Below, piece by piece: positions 11,216 to 24,196 of a DNA stretch of 64,000 nt. The notes beneath the pieces were generated by a model. That model worked only from the letters and a program-made list of their open reading frames with translations, made no database searches and was not told where the DNA came from. A program made the position numbers and the translations under genes. Location of the stretch: positions 558,001 to 622,000 of the forward strand of contig AP026145.1 of the NCBI GenBank assembly GCA_030295235.1. The letters run 5' to 3'. This DNA is from Fistulifera solaris. Its lineage: Eukaryota. The first letter of the stretch is position 1. The number at the start of each line of letters is the position of its first letter.

Positions 11216-12073
11216 ATGAGCCGTCGCCTCGCAGCAGCCCGACTCATTCTTACTGGGTGTCTCCTCCATCTTGTGACATCCATCACCGTGCGCGAATATG
11301 CGGCTCGTCCTTCCGTTCAAAAAGCCCGGGCATCTCCACAACGACCGGAATCCGTCTTGTCATTCTTCTTTGCGGGTGTCGATTACAGCGATGCGGCACA
11401 AGTGGATGAGATTCTGCGCAATGGAGCGTGTTTGCAAATAATGCAGCCACTATGGTGGACGGGTGACCCAGAATACGATGCCCTCTGTCGAAGCTTTTCC
11501 GAAACAGTACGGCACGCAGGGACGAAGGGATCGTTTGACAGCAGCCAGGAGGATAGTGGTGTCTTATCGGAAATCGACAAAACAATGAGTGAGCTGATAT
11601 TGTGCGACCAATTGTCGAGAAATTGCTTCCGTGGTGAAGCCGAAGCGTTTGCTTACGAACCTGTCGCCATTCAAGCAGCTCGATCAATAGCGGAAGAGGC
11701 GCTTTGTTCGCTCGAAGTGATAACAGACAAAGGAGAGATTTATCCACCCTATTTGTCGTTCTGTGCTACTGCCATGATGCATTCCGAATCATTAGCAGAT
11801 CATGAATTGGCGGTAAATGTGATAGAGCTCGGAAAATCCACTGCGCCTAGTCAAGTGAGGCGATTCTTTGAACTACAAATGAGTATGGAGCTAGCGCATA
11901 TGGATGTTATCAAGCGTTTCGGTCGCTATCCACACCGCAACGATGCACTTGGCAGGCAAAGCACTCGAGACGAAGCACTCTGGCTATCCGATTACGACAA
12001 TTTGCCGGCTTGGGCCAAGTCCCAAATGAAGTCGCCGGGCAAAAATAGTAAAACTGTCGCTGTATACATATAA
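11216..12073 (+). CDS. DUF924 family protein
   Basis: VLSFFF, LILCDQLSRNCFRG..EAF, MHSESL.DH and H.DVIKRFGRYPHRN.ALGRQST..E are DUF924 hallmarks; ATG at 11216. Confidence 0.85.
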   Translation: MSRRLAAARLILTGCLLHLVTSITVREYAARPSVQKARASPQRPESVLSFFFAGVDYSDAAQVDEILRNGACLQIMQPLWWTGDPEYDALCRSFSETVRHAGTKGSFDSSQEDSGVLSEIDKTMSELILCDQLSRNCFRGEAEAFAYEPVAIQAARSIAEEALCSLEVITDKGEIYPPYLSFCATAMMHSESLADHELAVNVIELGKSTAPSQVRRFFELQMSMELAHMDVIKRFGRYPHRNDALGRQSTRDEALWLSDYDNLPAWAKSQMKSPGKNSKTVAVYI

Positions 12074-12260
12074 TTGTAGATAAATGAGCTTTTTTGAAGC
12101 AGTCCAGCTAAAATTTTCCATTAAAAGATGATCACCAGATGTTGTATTAAAATGAGTTAAAACTTCCCCGAGGAAGTTGCCTACTGTCAATCGACCCAAA
12201 TATATGCTCCCCATCCGTTCGGCACGAATGCTCCCTATTTTGTTTTCTTAGTCCATGCAC

Positions 12261-12750
12261 TTATAGACCCAAACCGGCCACCGCCAAGACCAGTCCAGCA
12301 CATGACGACACGATGGAAGAGGAAGATGTGGCTACAGCGACGGGAGTGGAAGTAGGAGAGGATGTTCCTGTATCGCCGCCAGTGCTGGGAGGCAGGGTGA
12401 CCGCTGTTGGCACAGAGCCTGAGACAGGAGCGAGGGTCACTCCAGCCGGAACCGGGGGCATAGAGGTGGAGATATCACCACCCGACGGAGGGTCCGAAAC
12501 AAAATCACTGGGGAGATCGCTGGGGATATCCGAACCCATTCCTTAAGGCGATACACAGATTTGTGAGTACAAGGAGGGAAGCATCATGACGTAATCGGCC
12601 ATAGCACGACTTACCTTCAGCCATGGTCGGAGGCGGGCTAATAGTAGGGACAAGCGAGGGGAAATCGCTCTCATCTTCTTGAAGATCACGAGAGCTGATT
12701 ACTTCAGCCGACACAGCAAGTAGCAAGAAAGGGAAAACGGAAAACTTCAT
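12261..12750 (-). CDS. Small secreted Pro/Ser/Thr-rich, probably GPI-anchored surface protein (2 exons)
   Basis: Signal peptide MKFSVFPFLLLAVSA; in-frame GT-AG intron 12542-12614; PSxxPS motifs; hydrophobic C-terminus. Confidence 0.75.
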
Positions 12751-13615
12751 GATTAACGGTTTGTATATTTTTCTTCCGTTGCTGAATGAATGTGGCGAGC
12801 TGTTGGGGAATGAATCGGAAGAAGAAAAAATCGGTAACGTTTGTATTCGGACGAACGAATGAGGAGGTGTGAGTCGGAGTCGACCTTACGGGTGGAGGGA
12901 AAGTCGACGAAATCGCTTTCCGTTGATACGGAGCACCTCTATGTATTCTTTTTTTCAAATTTTAAATACGAAATAAAGTAGCTGGAACGTCTTGCCTGGT
13001 GCGTTTCTCTACTATCACTGTCGGGGCTTTATCCTATCAAAACTGGACGGTGTAAAATTTGTGTATATATAGAAACTAAGTACTCTTAGCAACCGATATT
13101 TTGAGTAGAGCGAAACCTCCTAGAAAGAAATATGCCTTCTAAGGATACTTAGTTCACTAGCGTTAACTTGGCGTTCAATTTGAAGTTTAAGTGCAGAAGT
13201 CCCGCATTTGCAAAATGGCTCCAATGTTTTCCAAAAGCCGGCCCGGCATCGGACATTTCAAGCATTCATTTCTTCGCTTTCGTCCTACGTGGAGACAAGA
13301 AACGATGACTGTTTCGCCGTGATTGTTTCTCTTTGGGACTGTTTTGAAAGGATTGCGTTCCGTGTTCCGTCCCGTGCTCATCGCGTGGAGGAGAGAGTTA
13401 CGGGTTTGTTTCCCATGACCCATGACCCGTCTGACTGTCATCCACAGACTAACCTTATACCTCTAGCCCTAATGTAATTTTGAGAGGCAGAAATTTTTAG
13501 CGAACCCAAAAAATAATAGAAGCGCAAAACACTCCATCGTTGTTGTCGATGTTGCTTCTAACCAAATTTGTTGCAATACAGTCGTATCCATAATCCTTGA
13601 TACTCGATAACAGTT

Positions 13616-13940
13616 ATGATTGCGTCTTCCCTCATCCGGCAACGCTTAGTTGCTCTAAGTCATAAAAGAACGGTACGAATCCTTCTATTATCAACACATT
13701 CGCATTGTATCTTGTACTTACCCAAGCTCTTCGTTGCAGGTAAAGGCTGCAAATTTCTCTACCCAGACACCGGTAGCGACGGCTAATATTTTCCAGCGAA
13801 TGTCCTCATTCTTGGTTGGGGCGGGTTTGTGCGCTCTAGCTACGCAGTTCTATATCTATCAGGAAATTCGCACGGGAAATGCGTTGATGATTGCGAAGCA
13901 AGCGGAACTCGAAAAACGGCTTCGACAATTGGAGAAGTAA
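13616..13940 (+). CDS. Small single-TM protein, probably mitochondrial (2 exons)
   Basis: MIASSLIRQRLVALSHKRT, intron ~13673-13739, then VKAANFST...SSFLVGAGLCALATQFYIY and a coiled-coil end. Confidence 0.65.
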
Positions 13941-14140
13941 GATACGAGCCAATTCTATTGTATATGCTCGTATCTTTGGAGACTATGCCGGCAGTGTAAT
14001 TCGATTTAGTTCGTAAATGTGTTGGTAGAAGCATTCTATAGACAACTTAATTAAATGATCCATCTTGCTTCTGTGATGGATAGTAGGACGCTACCTTTAT
14101 GCTTTTCTTTTTTGTTGCAGGTGTTGAACCACCTGTTTTG

Positions 14141-16960
14141 TTAGGATATTTTCAATTTGGCCTCGTTCTCTGCTTTACGAGAGAGTGCTTCGGCAGAATG
14201 AGCGATAGTGAAGGTAGAGTGATGCGGTTTCTCTACCCATTCACCATGCCCGTCTTCTTGCATTATAAGACACTCGATTTTGCTTGAATCATTTGAAGTG
14301 GGGTCGCAAAATGGCGCCCCCGTGATGTCGCCTGTTACATTACTCGCCAAAACTTGCTCTCGAATCGTTTCGAAATCGTGAATCGGGACGCCTAACTTTC
14401 TCAGATATTCTGATACCTTGGCCGATGGCACCAGCTGATCTTTATAAGACAAAACAATGTGACATGGCACATGTATTTGATCAGCAAAAGAATAATTCTC
14501 GGCCATGGGAATTGCCTCTGTATCGTATGTCGAACGATTGCATCCGTGCGAAGAATGTAAGAAATCGTTCCAATGTCGGGCCTGGTGTACACAAACGATT
14601 TCGTTAGCCGTGGGTAATGCAAGCAGAAGCAAATCGGGTCCAAGAAAAGTAAAGCCGAAACAGCTTCAGGGGCTAGCTTCGTCATATACGATAACCATGA
14701 CGTGCCATATGAGTGGCCTATCCAGGTGGCTGTGAGGTGACCATGAGTAGCTAGGATAGCAGACATTGTTGATGCGACGACTGCGGGAGGCAAGACGGCG
14801 CTCGAAGATTGCCATGGGCGGAAGCCCGATACGTAGGGAATTTCAGGGAGGAAGATCGGCCGTTTTGATCGGAGGAGGTCATCAATCAATGGAATGTAAA
14901 ATATAAGTCCGAGTCCAATACCATGAACGAAAACAAACGGTAGCTTGTTCGCGTCGACGACGTCAGAATCGTCAGAAGCGTCACCACCGGGGTGGTAATA
15001 ATAGGCAACATTCCCGATTTTTCTCCGCAAGAAACCACGTCGATGCATCATCACTCTCAAGGGTATTTCTGTACATCCGATGAGTAGTAAGTGCAGGCAT
15101 AACGGGAAGGTTGCCACATTCTCAATAGGGTCGGCAGAATACTTTGCATATCCTTGCGGCTCTTTTCTTTGCATAAATGCAGGTAAGCTCTTCAAAGCAA
15201 ATCCCGTGAAGTCTACGAATGCAGCCTCGGCTCGACTCTCCAAGCTTTCCATAGCCTCGTAGCATTCGGTAATGCGTCGCATTAGAGAAGCCATTTGTTT
15301 TGATGGTACCCCAGATGACATGTCCAACATTCGATTCAACATCAGCCTGTAGCCTACCATTTGCTGTTTTAATCGATTGCGTTGACTAGAGAGGAATCGT
15401 GCCGTTTCCAGGCGGCGCTGATCATTCAAAGCTTTGACCGAGTTCCATGCACTGTGTAATTGCAAGTATGTGGCATACAATTTCTTGTCCACCATTGAGC
15501 CCATCGGCACAATACTTTCGTATATTTGACTTGCTTTTTGACTCGCAGCCGCCTCCGCCTCTGCTATGCTCTGAGCAGTACCTGCTACTAATTCGCGAAA
15601 GTCTTTTACAGGATGAAAGTTATCGCCTGTTGCTTTCTGCACCATGTCCTTTAGATCCTGAACAGGCCGGAACTCCATCTGATCATAGCGCCGTCTGTAT
15701 GATTCGAAAAGATTCGTGAAAAAATTCCCCTCTTCTTCATGCGCGTTACCTCCTGGAAATTGGAAAACTTCAAGAAAAAATGTTAGCGAATTGTCGCGAT
15801 GCAGAAGATAAACTTAGCAAAATGCGTTCTTACATTTCTTGGGCTTGGGGAGACCCACTTGCCAAGCCGGTACTGACAGTTGATTTTCTCCCCGAAGCGC
15901 CGGGTTGTCACTGTCATCATTGACTACTTTAGTTTCAGTCTCCGGTCCATACAGTTCCAGCGAAATACGCCATTCAAGCTCCTCCACAAAAGATTCCACT
16001 ATGAGCGAAAGGAAAGGGTCAGCAAGGAACTTCACTCGACAACAGTCTGTCCTGCTAAACGAACTTACTTTGTACTAACTCGCTTTCCGACAAATGTTCC
16101 TGGTGCCGACATTCAAACATGCTCCAGCATACAAAGTCACGAACGTCATACGCGCTAATATCTTGGCAATCATGATCGAAGAACCAACCGGATAAAAACT
16201 CACAAACGTGACCATCCTCCACTTCTTGCATTCGTCGCCAGAGGCTCTGCCGTTCAGAAAGATCCATTAGGGGAGCAGCTGACAGACTTGCCTCTAGAGG
16301 ATCTTTATTTCGTAACCAACGAATACGGATCCGCATCAAAATGAAAAACAGAGCCTCGAACGAGCACCATATCTCAATCCATAACCACAGCCATGTCCGA
16401 GGATTGCGTTCCATTGTAGAAGTGGACTCGAGGATGTTCGGAATAGTGAAGCTGCTACCACTTCCCGTCGAGTCTAACACTCCCTCGGTAACCAAGGCAA
16501 GAGAATCGCCGATGATGAGATCGTGCGGCATTTTCGGTGGCCGCAAATTGGAAATGGCCGAAGCTAGAGTCCACTGGTGCAAGAGCGGCAAATAGTTTTG
16601 ACCAAAGACGAGCAAGTATTCACCGAATAGTTCTCGTAAAACCACCATGCCGATATAAAAGTAACTGATTGGTGCCAATAAGAACATAAATACCCACACG
16701 ACGGCGAGGGGCGAGAATAGCTGGTATTCATCCAATATTTGTTCGCTCGAGCCTTTATAGCGATACTTTGAAAAATACTGACGACTTTTCCGGTTCGTCG
16801 ACGAGAATGACTGTCTTGTAATGGGAGACCCACCCATGAAAAACTTTTGCTTAAAAGGAGATGACATGTTTTCTACGAGTTTTTTCTGAAAGCCGAGAAC
16901 ATTGTGTGAGCCTAAAGATGTCGAACAAAATTTGGCGATTGAGTGACAGCATCGTGTCAA
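14141..16960 (-). CDS. Membrane-associated alpha/beta-hydrolase (multi-exon, frameshifted)
   Basis: PFVFVHGIGLGL, GHSYG nucleophile elbow, LFLDPICF; N-terminal TM segments; introns near 16.0 and 15.8 kb; T-run indel near 14487. Both ends uncertain. Confidence 0.75.
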
Positions 16961-17963
16961 ATGGGAGCCAACTCAAAGGAACTCGATCAAGAAGCAGAAT
17001 TAGCGATAGAATCTGCATTCACTATATGCATGACGATTGTTAATAAATTGGTATTTGTCTCCGACTGCCTCGCCCTAGAGTCGTATTGCCAACATAGTGC
17101 GTGTACCTCCAATCGCCGGTATCTGCTCAAGAACCTACCTTTCTAAACACCCTGCTCTATTGCTGCAAAAATCACTGTACGATAAGTCAAATGAAGACTT
17201 ATATGCCGATTCTGTAATTTTTTCGCCACACGGGTCAGCGAAAATGGACAATGGCTTTTTGTAATGGCCTTGAGAGGTTCGTGTGTGATTGGGCTCAACA
17301 AAACTGACTGTCTGTCCGGAGCTCTCCCCTTCCGATCTCTTGGGGTTCCTCTTCTAAGCGTTATGAATGTGAATAGAGAAGGACAAAAAAGGAATTGCTT
17401 GTTTGTTGGTTAAAGAGTAAAAAGAGGAGTCCGTGTCCTTTGTCAAATGAAATGGCAATCAGAGGCTACGCGATCGTGGGGGAGGAGGAAAAACGACGAT
17501 GCAATCACCAAAAATGTCGCAGAAGTTGCTTTACTTAGGTGACACAAAAATGTCAATGAGCTTGAACCTACTGTTTAGTGATAGTCGCAACTAAGCTCAA
17601 ATCGTAGCGGTACAAAACGTCTTTCAGACTTCGAAAAATTCAAAACGTCTGTACCAGTAGACTCTAGAGTGACGACGACTCGTGACAGCAGACGATCAAC
17701 ATGAAACTATGGTTGTGTTTGGGCCTTTTCCGTTTCGAACTCACAAAATGAAGCAAGACGCGTGAACATTGAAGAATTTCTCGCAATTTCTAAAGGAGAG
17801 AGGCAGCCTTTTCTCTCAAAGAACGACGATTGCGATAGTTCCCAATGTTAGTTTGATATGAGACTGCCAAGGCCTTTAAATTTACTGAACTTGACTCATC
17901 TTTTTTTCGATAGCTGGTAAATGTGCGACTCCCAGTCAATCGGTTGTGTTGAAAAGAGTATCC

Positions 17964-19213
17964 TTAAATGTTGCCGTCATTTGCCTTCCAGCGAAAAGCA
18001 GCATCCACGGACATGACAACTCCATTCTTAATCGATGCACTCGATGCGCTCTTTGGTTGACCTCGTAACTGCAACCGAACGTGTCCCGGAGCTGACGGCC
18101 CGTGAAGAATCGGGGTAAATTCCACCGTGATGACAGGCTCGGGTAATATATCGTAGCTTTGTGATAGGCGCGCGAATTCCACATTCCAATGATGCGGTTT
18201 GGTCGAGCTGGAGAGAAATACCGAGTCAAATTCATTATCGTATTCGTCTTTGGTCCATGTAGCACTCGGTTCGTGGGTATTCTCCTTGATCGGCGGGGAA
18301 ATGAGTACATCGCCCAAGCGTTTCGCCATTCGCTGCATGACTTTCAAGTAAAGTTGCAGCGATTCATCCCAAGAGTATTCGAGTCGAGAAGCTTTTGGAG
18401 GCCAACTGGCCACTTGGTTGCCTCCTTCGGTTCGAATGCGTATCCGTTCGACAGAATCCGATAACGAATGAAAGGAACAAGCAACAGCATCATTGTAATA
18501 CGACAGTACATCATTCGCCAAGTGGATATGTTCTTCCAGAAGTTGACTGGGTACTCCGTGCCCTTTCAAAAGAAACTTGTGTTGCACCGGTACCAATTTG
18601 CGCACCACCTGCAGAAAATCATGTTGGCCGCGCAACAAACGCCGCGCCGCAGCCGTACCCGACTTGGTCGAGTTCTTGGCCGACTTGACGCAATAGCTCT
18701 TTGTATGCAGCAACGAACTAGCATTGAGTACGGGTAACAGGCCCGACTTGGGTTTCCGCGGTACTTCTAGAATGGGCTGACCCAACGTATCAAAGACCTC
18801 GACCGGATCCTTTTCACTCAGCTTCTTTTCCGGCGTCTGGGAGTTCCTGTAATGAGACCCACTGTGTTGGCGCTTTTCGTAGAGTCTTCCACACCGACGC
18901 GACGTTTTACAATCAAACGTCGAGGGACGGGTGGTGGTGAATCTTCCAACGTCGGCTTCTTTCCGTCCTTGTTTTTGTGATCACCCGAATTTCCCGTCGA
19001 ATCATACTTTTTCGCGTGAATTGGCTTAGCAGCTTCCATAATCGATTCGGGTACAGCAGTTTCAAGTATCGTGCGTTCTGATAACCGGCTTGTTGACGAT
19101 ATTATCATGTTAGTTGACATTCCTGAAGGAGGTGCTTTGTCGTGAAAATGCCGGCATCGTGTCGCGAGCGAACTTGGTGTCCGCAAAATTCGAATGTTGC
19201 TCCGAATAAACAT
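17964..19213 (-). CDS. Hypothetical protein, probably mitochondrial; two ORFs joined by one frameshift
   Basis: Arg-rich presequence MFIRSNIRILRTPSS; ORFs 18818-19252 and 17964-18785 join if one base is added in the run near 18875. Confidence 0.55.
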
Positions 19214-19701
19214 GTTTGACTTCAAAATGAAATCACTATACAGTCTAAGCAAGAAAAATAAGTAAAGGGCGCTCTTTCAAGTAAAAATGTTGAATGACAT
19301 GACTGACACCATCGCGCCTATTGCGATGAACAAAAAAAGCTCTTGCAAAAAGCGCAATAAGGCGTCGGTAGTCGGTACGTCGTCGCTAAAGTGACTTACC
19401 GGTACCCATTTGCTTCTAGGCTTTCTGTAGACTACGGGCTTTAATGTAGGAAGCAAAACCGGTCTCTCACACACGCCTGAGAAAACCCTCACAAAAAAGT
19501 CGTTTCGAAGCTCGTCCGTTTCCATTGAAAACCATCCTGCGTTTGTCAATCAAAGTGTGAAAAATGAAACGACACGATACAAAGAAAACTGGACCACGCG
19601 CAACTTTTTCATCGCAGCAAGGATCATGAACCTCTCACAAATCGACCAATCGACAAATCGAAGTCGTTCGCGGTCATCAAAATTCTCCTGAAACTTTCAC
19701 C

Positions 19702-20617
19702 ATGACACGCCTCGCCAACTGCCTCACCTTTATTATGTTTTCCTTCGCGGCGATTTTACTTTGCGTCGGAACCATCGTTGTCTACGAGAAGGTAGCTATA
19801 ATGTGAAGTCTCATTGATTCACGAAATACATTATCGCGCATGCTCACTCGTTGTCGTCACACAGGTTGTGGTCAGCAAGGCTACTACAAACGACGAGACG
19901 CTTCCGGTCATGATCGACGGAGAAGGTGTCGTTCAGAACGGACCCTTCCGTACCTGTGAATGCTCAGGAAACATATTCTTTGGAGAAGATCGCGTCGAAT
20001 GTCTTTCGGAACAATCGCACATCGCCGGAGACGTCGTCGTCTTTTGCATCTGGAATGAAATGCTAGAGATCCGTGCAATCGATCAGGTGTTTGTGAAGTT
20101 GAATCAGAACCGGACCTATCAGCTTATCGAAGACGGTATTCCTGATATTCATACCCAGTCTTATCTCCAAACTCGTGCGGCGGTAGTCAGTACCGTACTC
20201 GATCCTGTGTGGTTTTTGGAAACGAGCACCATTCTTGGATTACAAGTCAAACTACAGGCCGAAGCCAAATTTCAGACAACGGATGAATACGATATGCCTC
20301 ATTTGTTGGACGTACAGCGAAACTCCTACCATGGCCTACGTCAAATGACGGAGCCGGAACCGGAGCAAGAACCAAACCCCTATCTTCTTTTCATAAATTT
20401 CATCTATTTCACTTTTTGGGCGTTCGTGATTGCTTTCCATTATTGGTTTTGTGTGAAAGATTGTGAGGGAAGTCAGTGGAGGCGTGAGGAGCATCAGGAA
20501 AGCGTTCGACGAACGGAACAGCGATACGTCCGAAAACAACCGATTGACCGCGGAGAGCCGCAAAATGCCACAATCGATCACTCGAAACCGGACGACCACA
20601 TCTCGACGACTGCTTGA
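19702..20617 (+). CDS. Uncharacterised membrane protein, tandem paralog 1 (2 exons)
   Basis: N-terminal hydrophobic exon MTRLANCLTFIMFSFAAILLCVG..., intron ~19792-19864, lumenal domain, second TM near the C-terminus. Confidence 0.7.
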
Positions 20618-21192
20618 GTATCCAATCAATGTTAATTTTTTCAATCACTTGTGAAAATAATCATCTCTTTCTACATCTATAATGAGGTTGTTATCCATCA
20701 AGATGCCCGCCCCATCAACGCGTATCTTTCGGAATGACAACGTTAATTGTCTAGAATTGCATAAAAGGGCAAGAATTGGTGAGGTCTTTGCCGAAACTAA
20801 ATGTTTGGGACCTGCCAAGATGCCATTCACGTCTAGACTATACCTGTACCCGTACTTTTTGTCAAAACTGACATAACTGAAGTCACTTCAACAAAACGTC
20901 GTCGTTGACTTACCGGTACCGGCACCTCGCACACACGTCTGAAAAACGTCTCACAAAAGTCGTTTCGACATAGGAGTAAGTTTCTTCGTCGTCAGTTTGC
21001 TTTGAAAACCATCATCCTGTTGTCGAACAAAATGTATAAAGAATGAAACGACACGATACAAAGAAAACTGGACCAAATGCAAATTGTTTGATCGTAACTT
21101 GCCGAATCGTATCATGAACCTCTCACAAATCGGCCTATCAACTCGAAGTCAATCGCCGTCACAAACATCCTTCATCCACCGCACCTTTCACC

Positions 21193-22152
21193 ATGAAACG
21201 CACCGCCAACTGCCTCACCTTCATTATGTTTTCCTTCGCGGCGATTTTACTTTGCGTCGGAACCATCGTTGTTTACGAAAAGGTAAGTTTCCTGATGATT
21301 CTGCCCTCGAAAATAGTTGACGCATTCTCAGTCATGTCTTCGCTCTTGTGACACAGGCCACTGAGAACAAGGATGCGAACGAGCAGACACTCCCAGTTAC
21401 GATTGATGGAGAAGGTGTCGTCCAGAACGGACCCTTCCGTACCTGTGAATGCTCAGGGGGAAGATCGCGTCGAATGTCTGTCGGAACAATCGCACATCGC
21501 CGGAGACGTCGTCGTCTTTTGCATCTGGAATGAAATGCTAGAGATCCGTGCGATCGATCACGTGTTTGTGAAGTTGAATCAGAACCGTACCTATCAGCTT
21601 ATCGAAGACGGTATTCCTGATATTCATACCCAGTCTTTTTTCCAAACTCGTGCGGCGGTAGTCACTACCGTCCTTGATCCTGTGTGGTTTTTAGAAACGA
21701 GCACCATTCTTGGATTACAAGTCGAACTTCAGGCCGAAGCCAAATTTCAGACAACGGATGAATACGATATGCCTCATTTGTTGGACGTACAGCGAAACTC
21801 CTACCATGGCCTACGTCAAATGACGGAGCCGGAACCGGAATCTAAATTTGATTCTGAGACACGCGTATCGTTTTATTTAAAATTGGCTTGGATGGCGTCC
21901 ATGTTGTGTTTGTTTATGGCGATGATCTTTGGCGATCGCATGAGAGACCGCAGGGGACGTGCGGAGTACTGGGAAACTGTTCGCCGAATGCAACAGCGGG
22001 ATTTTGAGAAATATTGGATTGACAATGGAGAGCCACAAATCACCACAACTGATGTCCATGATTCGAGACAGGACGATCACACCTCGACGACTGCTCAATT
22101 ATCCGGCGGCGACGATGAATCGGTGTCTACTAAACGTGAGTTCGCAGCATAG
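21193..22152 (+). CDS. Uncharacterised membrane protein, tandem paralog 2 (2 exons, frameshift at ~21457-21460)
   Basis: Near-identical to paralog 1 over exon 1 and the central domain; short deletion at TGCTCAGGGGGAAGAT; divergent TM and C-terminal tail. Confidence 0.65.
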
Positions 22153-22329
22153 GTGCGACTTCTACGAATCGATTTGTGCACAAGCAAGTACTTCTCTCGA
22201 TTTCATCGTTATGCTATTTGTATAACAATTCACGTTTATGCAAGGATGAAACAGATCGTACAGCGAGATGCCCGTTCTTCTCTACATGTCACACGACTAA
22301 AAATTCACATAAAAATGATATTTTACCTA

Positions 22330-23593
22330 TTAAGCGCCTCCTACAGCTGGAGGTTGTGATCCTTGTATAGAATTTTGACCGCCCCCCCTGAACCGAGCCT
22401 GGCTGCTGCTGTGGCACGCTTCCGTCCCCCGCATGGCTACCATACCGCAAGCCCCCAGCAACTTGATTGATGGCAGCGTCTTCCGCATGCACACCATTAC
22501 CAGATCGACTGCGTTCCAAGTCATCGGCTTTGCGAGCCTCATCTTGTCCATCATTTTCCCCATCCGCTGGTCCAAGAGGACGTTCTGCTGGGAGACGTGC
22601 GCGTTCTTGTTGCAGGTTCAAAACAGTCCAGTCGAATAAGTTATCGTATTGAAATCCTTTGCGATAAAAGAGTTCTTTGAACAGTCTCTTCAAGTAAGCA
22701 TAGTCCGGTCTGTCCTCAAATCTCAATGATCGACAGTATTCAAAGTAACTTCGGAATTCCGTCGGATAACCTTTGCAAAGTTGCTCCGTACTGGTAGACA
22801 TCTTTCGATCCATGATGCGCTCGTACTTTTGTTTCTTCGTGTTCGCCTTGAGTCCTTGCCAGGGAAGTGAGCCACGGATAAAGTACATAAGGACGTATCC
22901 AAGCGACTCCAAGTCATCACGTCGACTTTGTTCAATGCCAATGTGAGTATTGATCGAAGCATAACGAGCCGTACCTGTAAGATTTTTATTTTCGCGATAG
23001 GGAATGTGCTGATGCGATCGAGGATCACGGTACTTCTTGGCCAAACCGAAATCAATGATATGAATCACCGACTGCCGTTTCCCCAGTCCGATCAAGAAAT
23101 TGTCCGGCTTGACATCGCGATGAATGAAAGACTTTGTATGCACGTACTCTAGACGACTGAGTAGCTGATCGGCCAGCATGAGGACGGTCTTGAGCTGAAA
23201 ACGCCGACCGCAATAATTAAAGAGATCTTCGAGCGAGGGGCCGAGTAAATCAAGAACCATGACGTTGTAGTCGCCTTCAATACCGTACCAGCGGACATTC
23301 GGAATTCCCACTAATTCAGCGTAATCATAATAAAGAAAAGTGTGAGTGATGCGAATGAGCAGTGCATCAAGGAGAAAGCATTCTCATGTAATAACCGTAT
23401 ACGTACATCCACCGTGAAGAATACGATAAATCTTGCTCTCGTACAACAACTGAGGGTGTTTTGTTTTAACGCTTTCCAGTTTAATGGCTACTTCTTCACC
23501 CGTCGTCATATTGGTGCCGAGATAAATATCACCGAACGAACCGCTACCGATCTTGCGGCCCAGCCGGTATTTTTTCCCGACCCGCAATTCCAT
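22330..23593 (-). CDS. CK1: Casein kinase I (2 exons)
   Basis: [55 protein letters not shown]; intron 23311-23406. Stop is 22330 if the run at 22382-22388 is over-called, otherwise 22289. Confidence 0.97.
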
Positions 23594-24196
23594 TTTGGAG
23601 CAAACGTGACGAAAATATAGACGGGGACGATAGAAAGCGCTCTATTAAAGGTCTTTCCCGATTGATATAGAATGTCCTGACGGATTTGTTTAAGACGACA
23701 AAGAGATAGGTTGTTATTTGCATCAACAACTTCGATGACAACAACAGCACAACATAATCAAGCGACCGCCTCGTGTCCATCGTAGCTGCTGCTATGAAAC
23801 TTTGTGTAGAAGCGGTCTTCGAAAAGAGACCGGCATTCAACTGCGAGTACCAGTGCATCGAATAGTCATATTATGTTTAATAAAAGAGGTACCGCTTTAA
23901 AGTTTCTGATACATATAGTTCTAGTGTCGATTTAACAACGAAAATATTATGCATGCCAACGGAGAATAAGGGACGGAAAAAGGGTGGAAAAAGCCGCATC
24001 AACATGACGAGATAAAGACATTTTGGTTAAACGTATTTTTTTCAGTTAAAGAAGCCAAGAACAAAGAGGAACATAAGATTCTTGTCGTGGAAATGCTTCT
24101 CAAGCATGCGTCTCGATAGCGATGGCTTGATCCGGTCACCGGCAATCCCACATCATTTGCCCATTAATTTTTGAAAGCAACAACAAAGCAACAACG

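Noticed and set aside
10700..11341. 213-aa minus-strand ORF with SRKSGP repeats
   Set aside because: It derives from the palindromic array and overlaps the DUF924 gene antisense.
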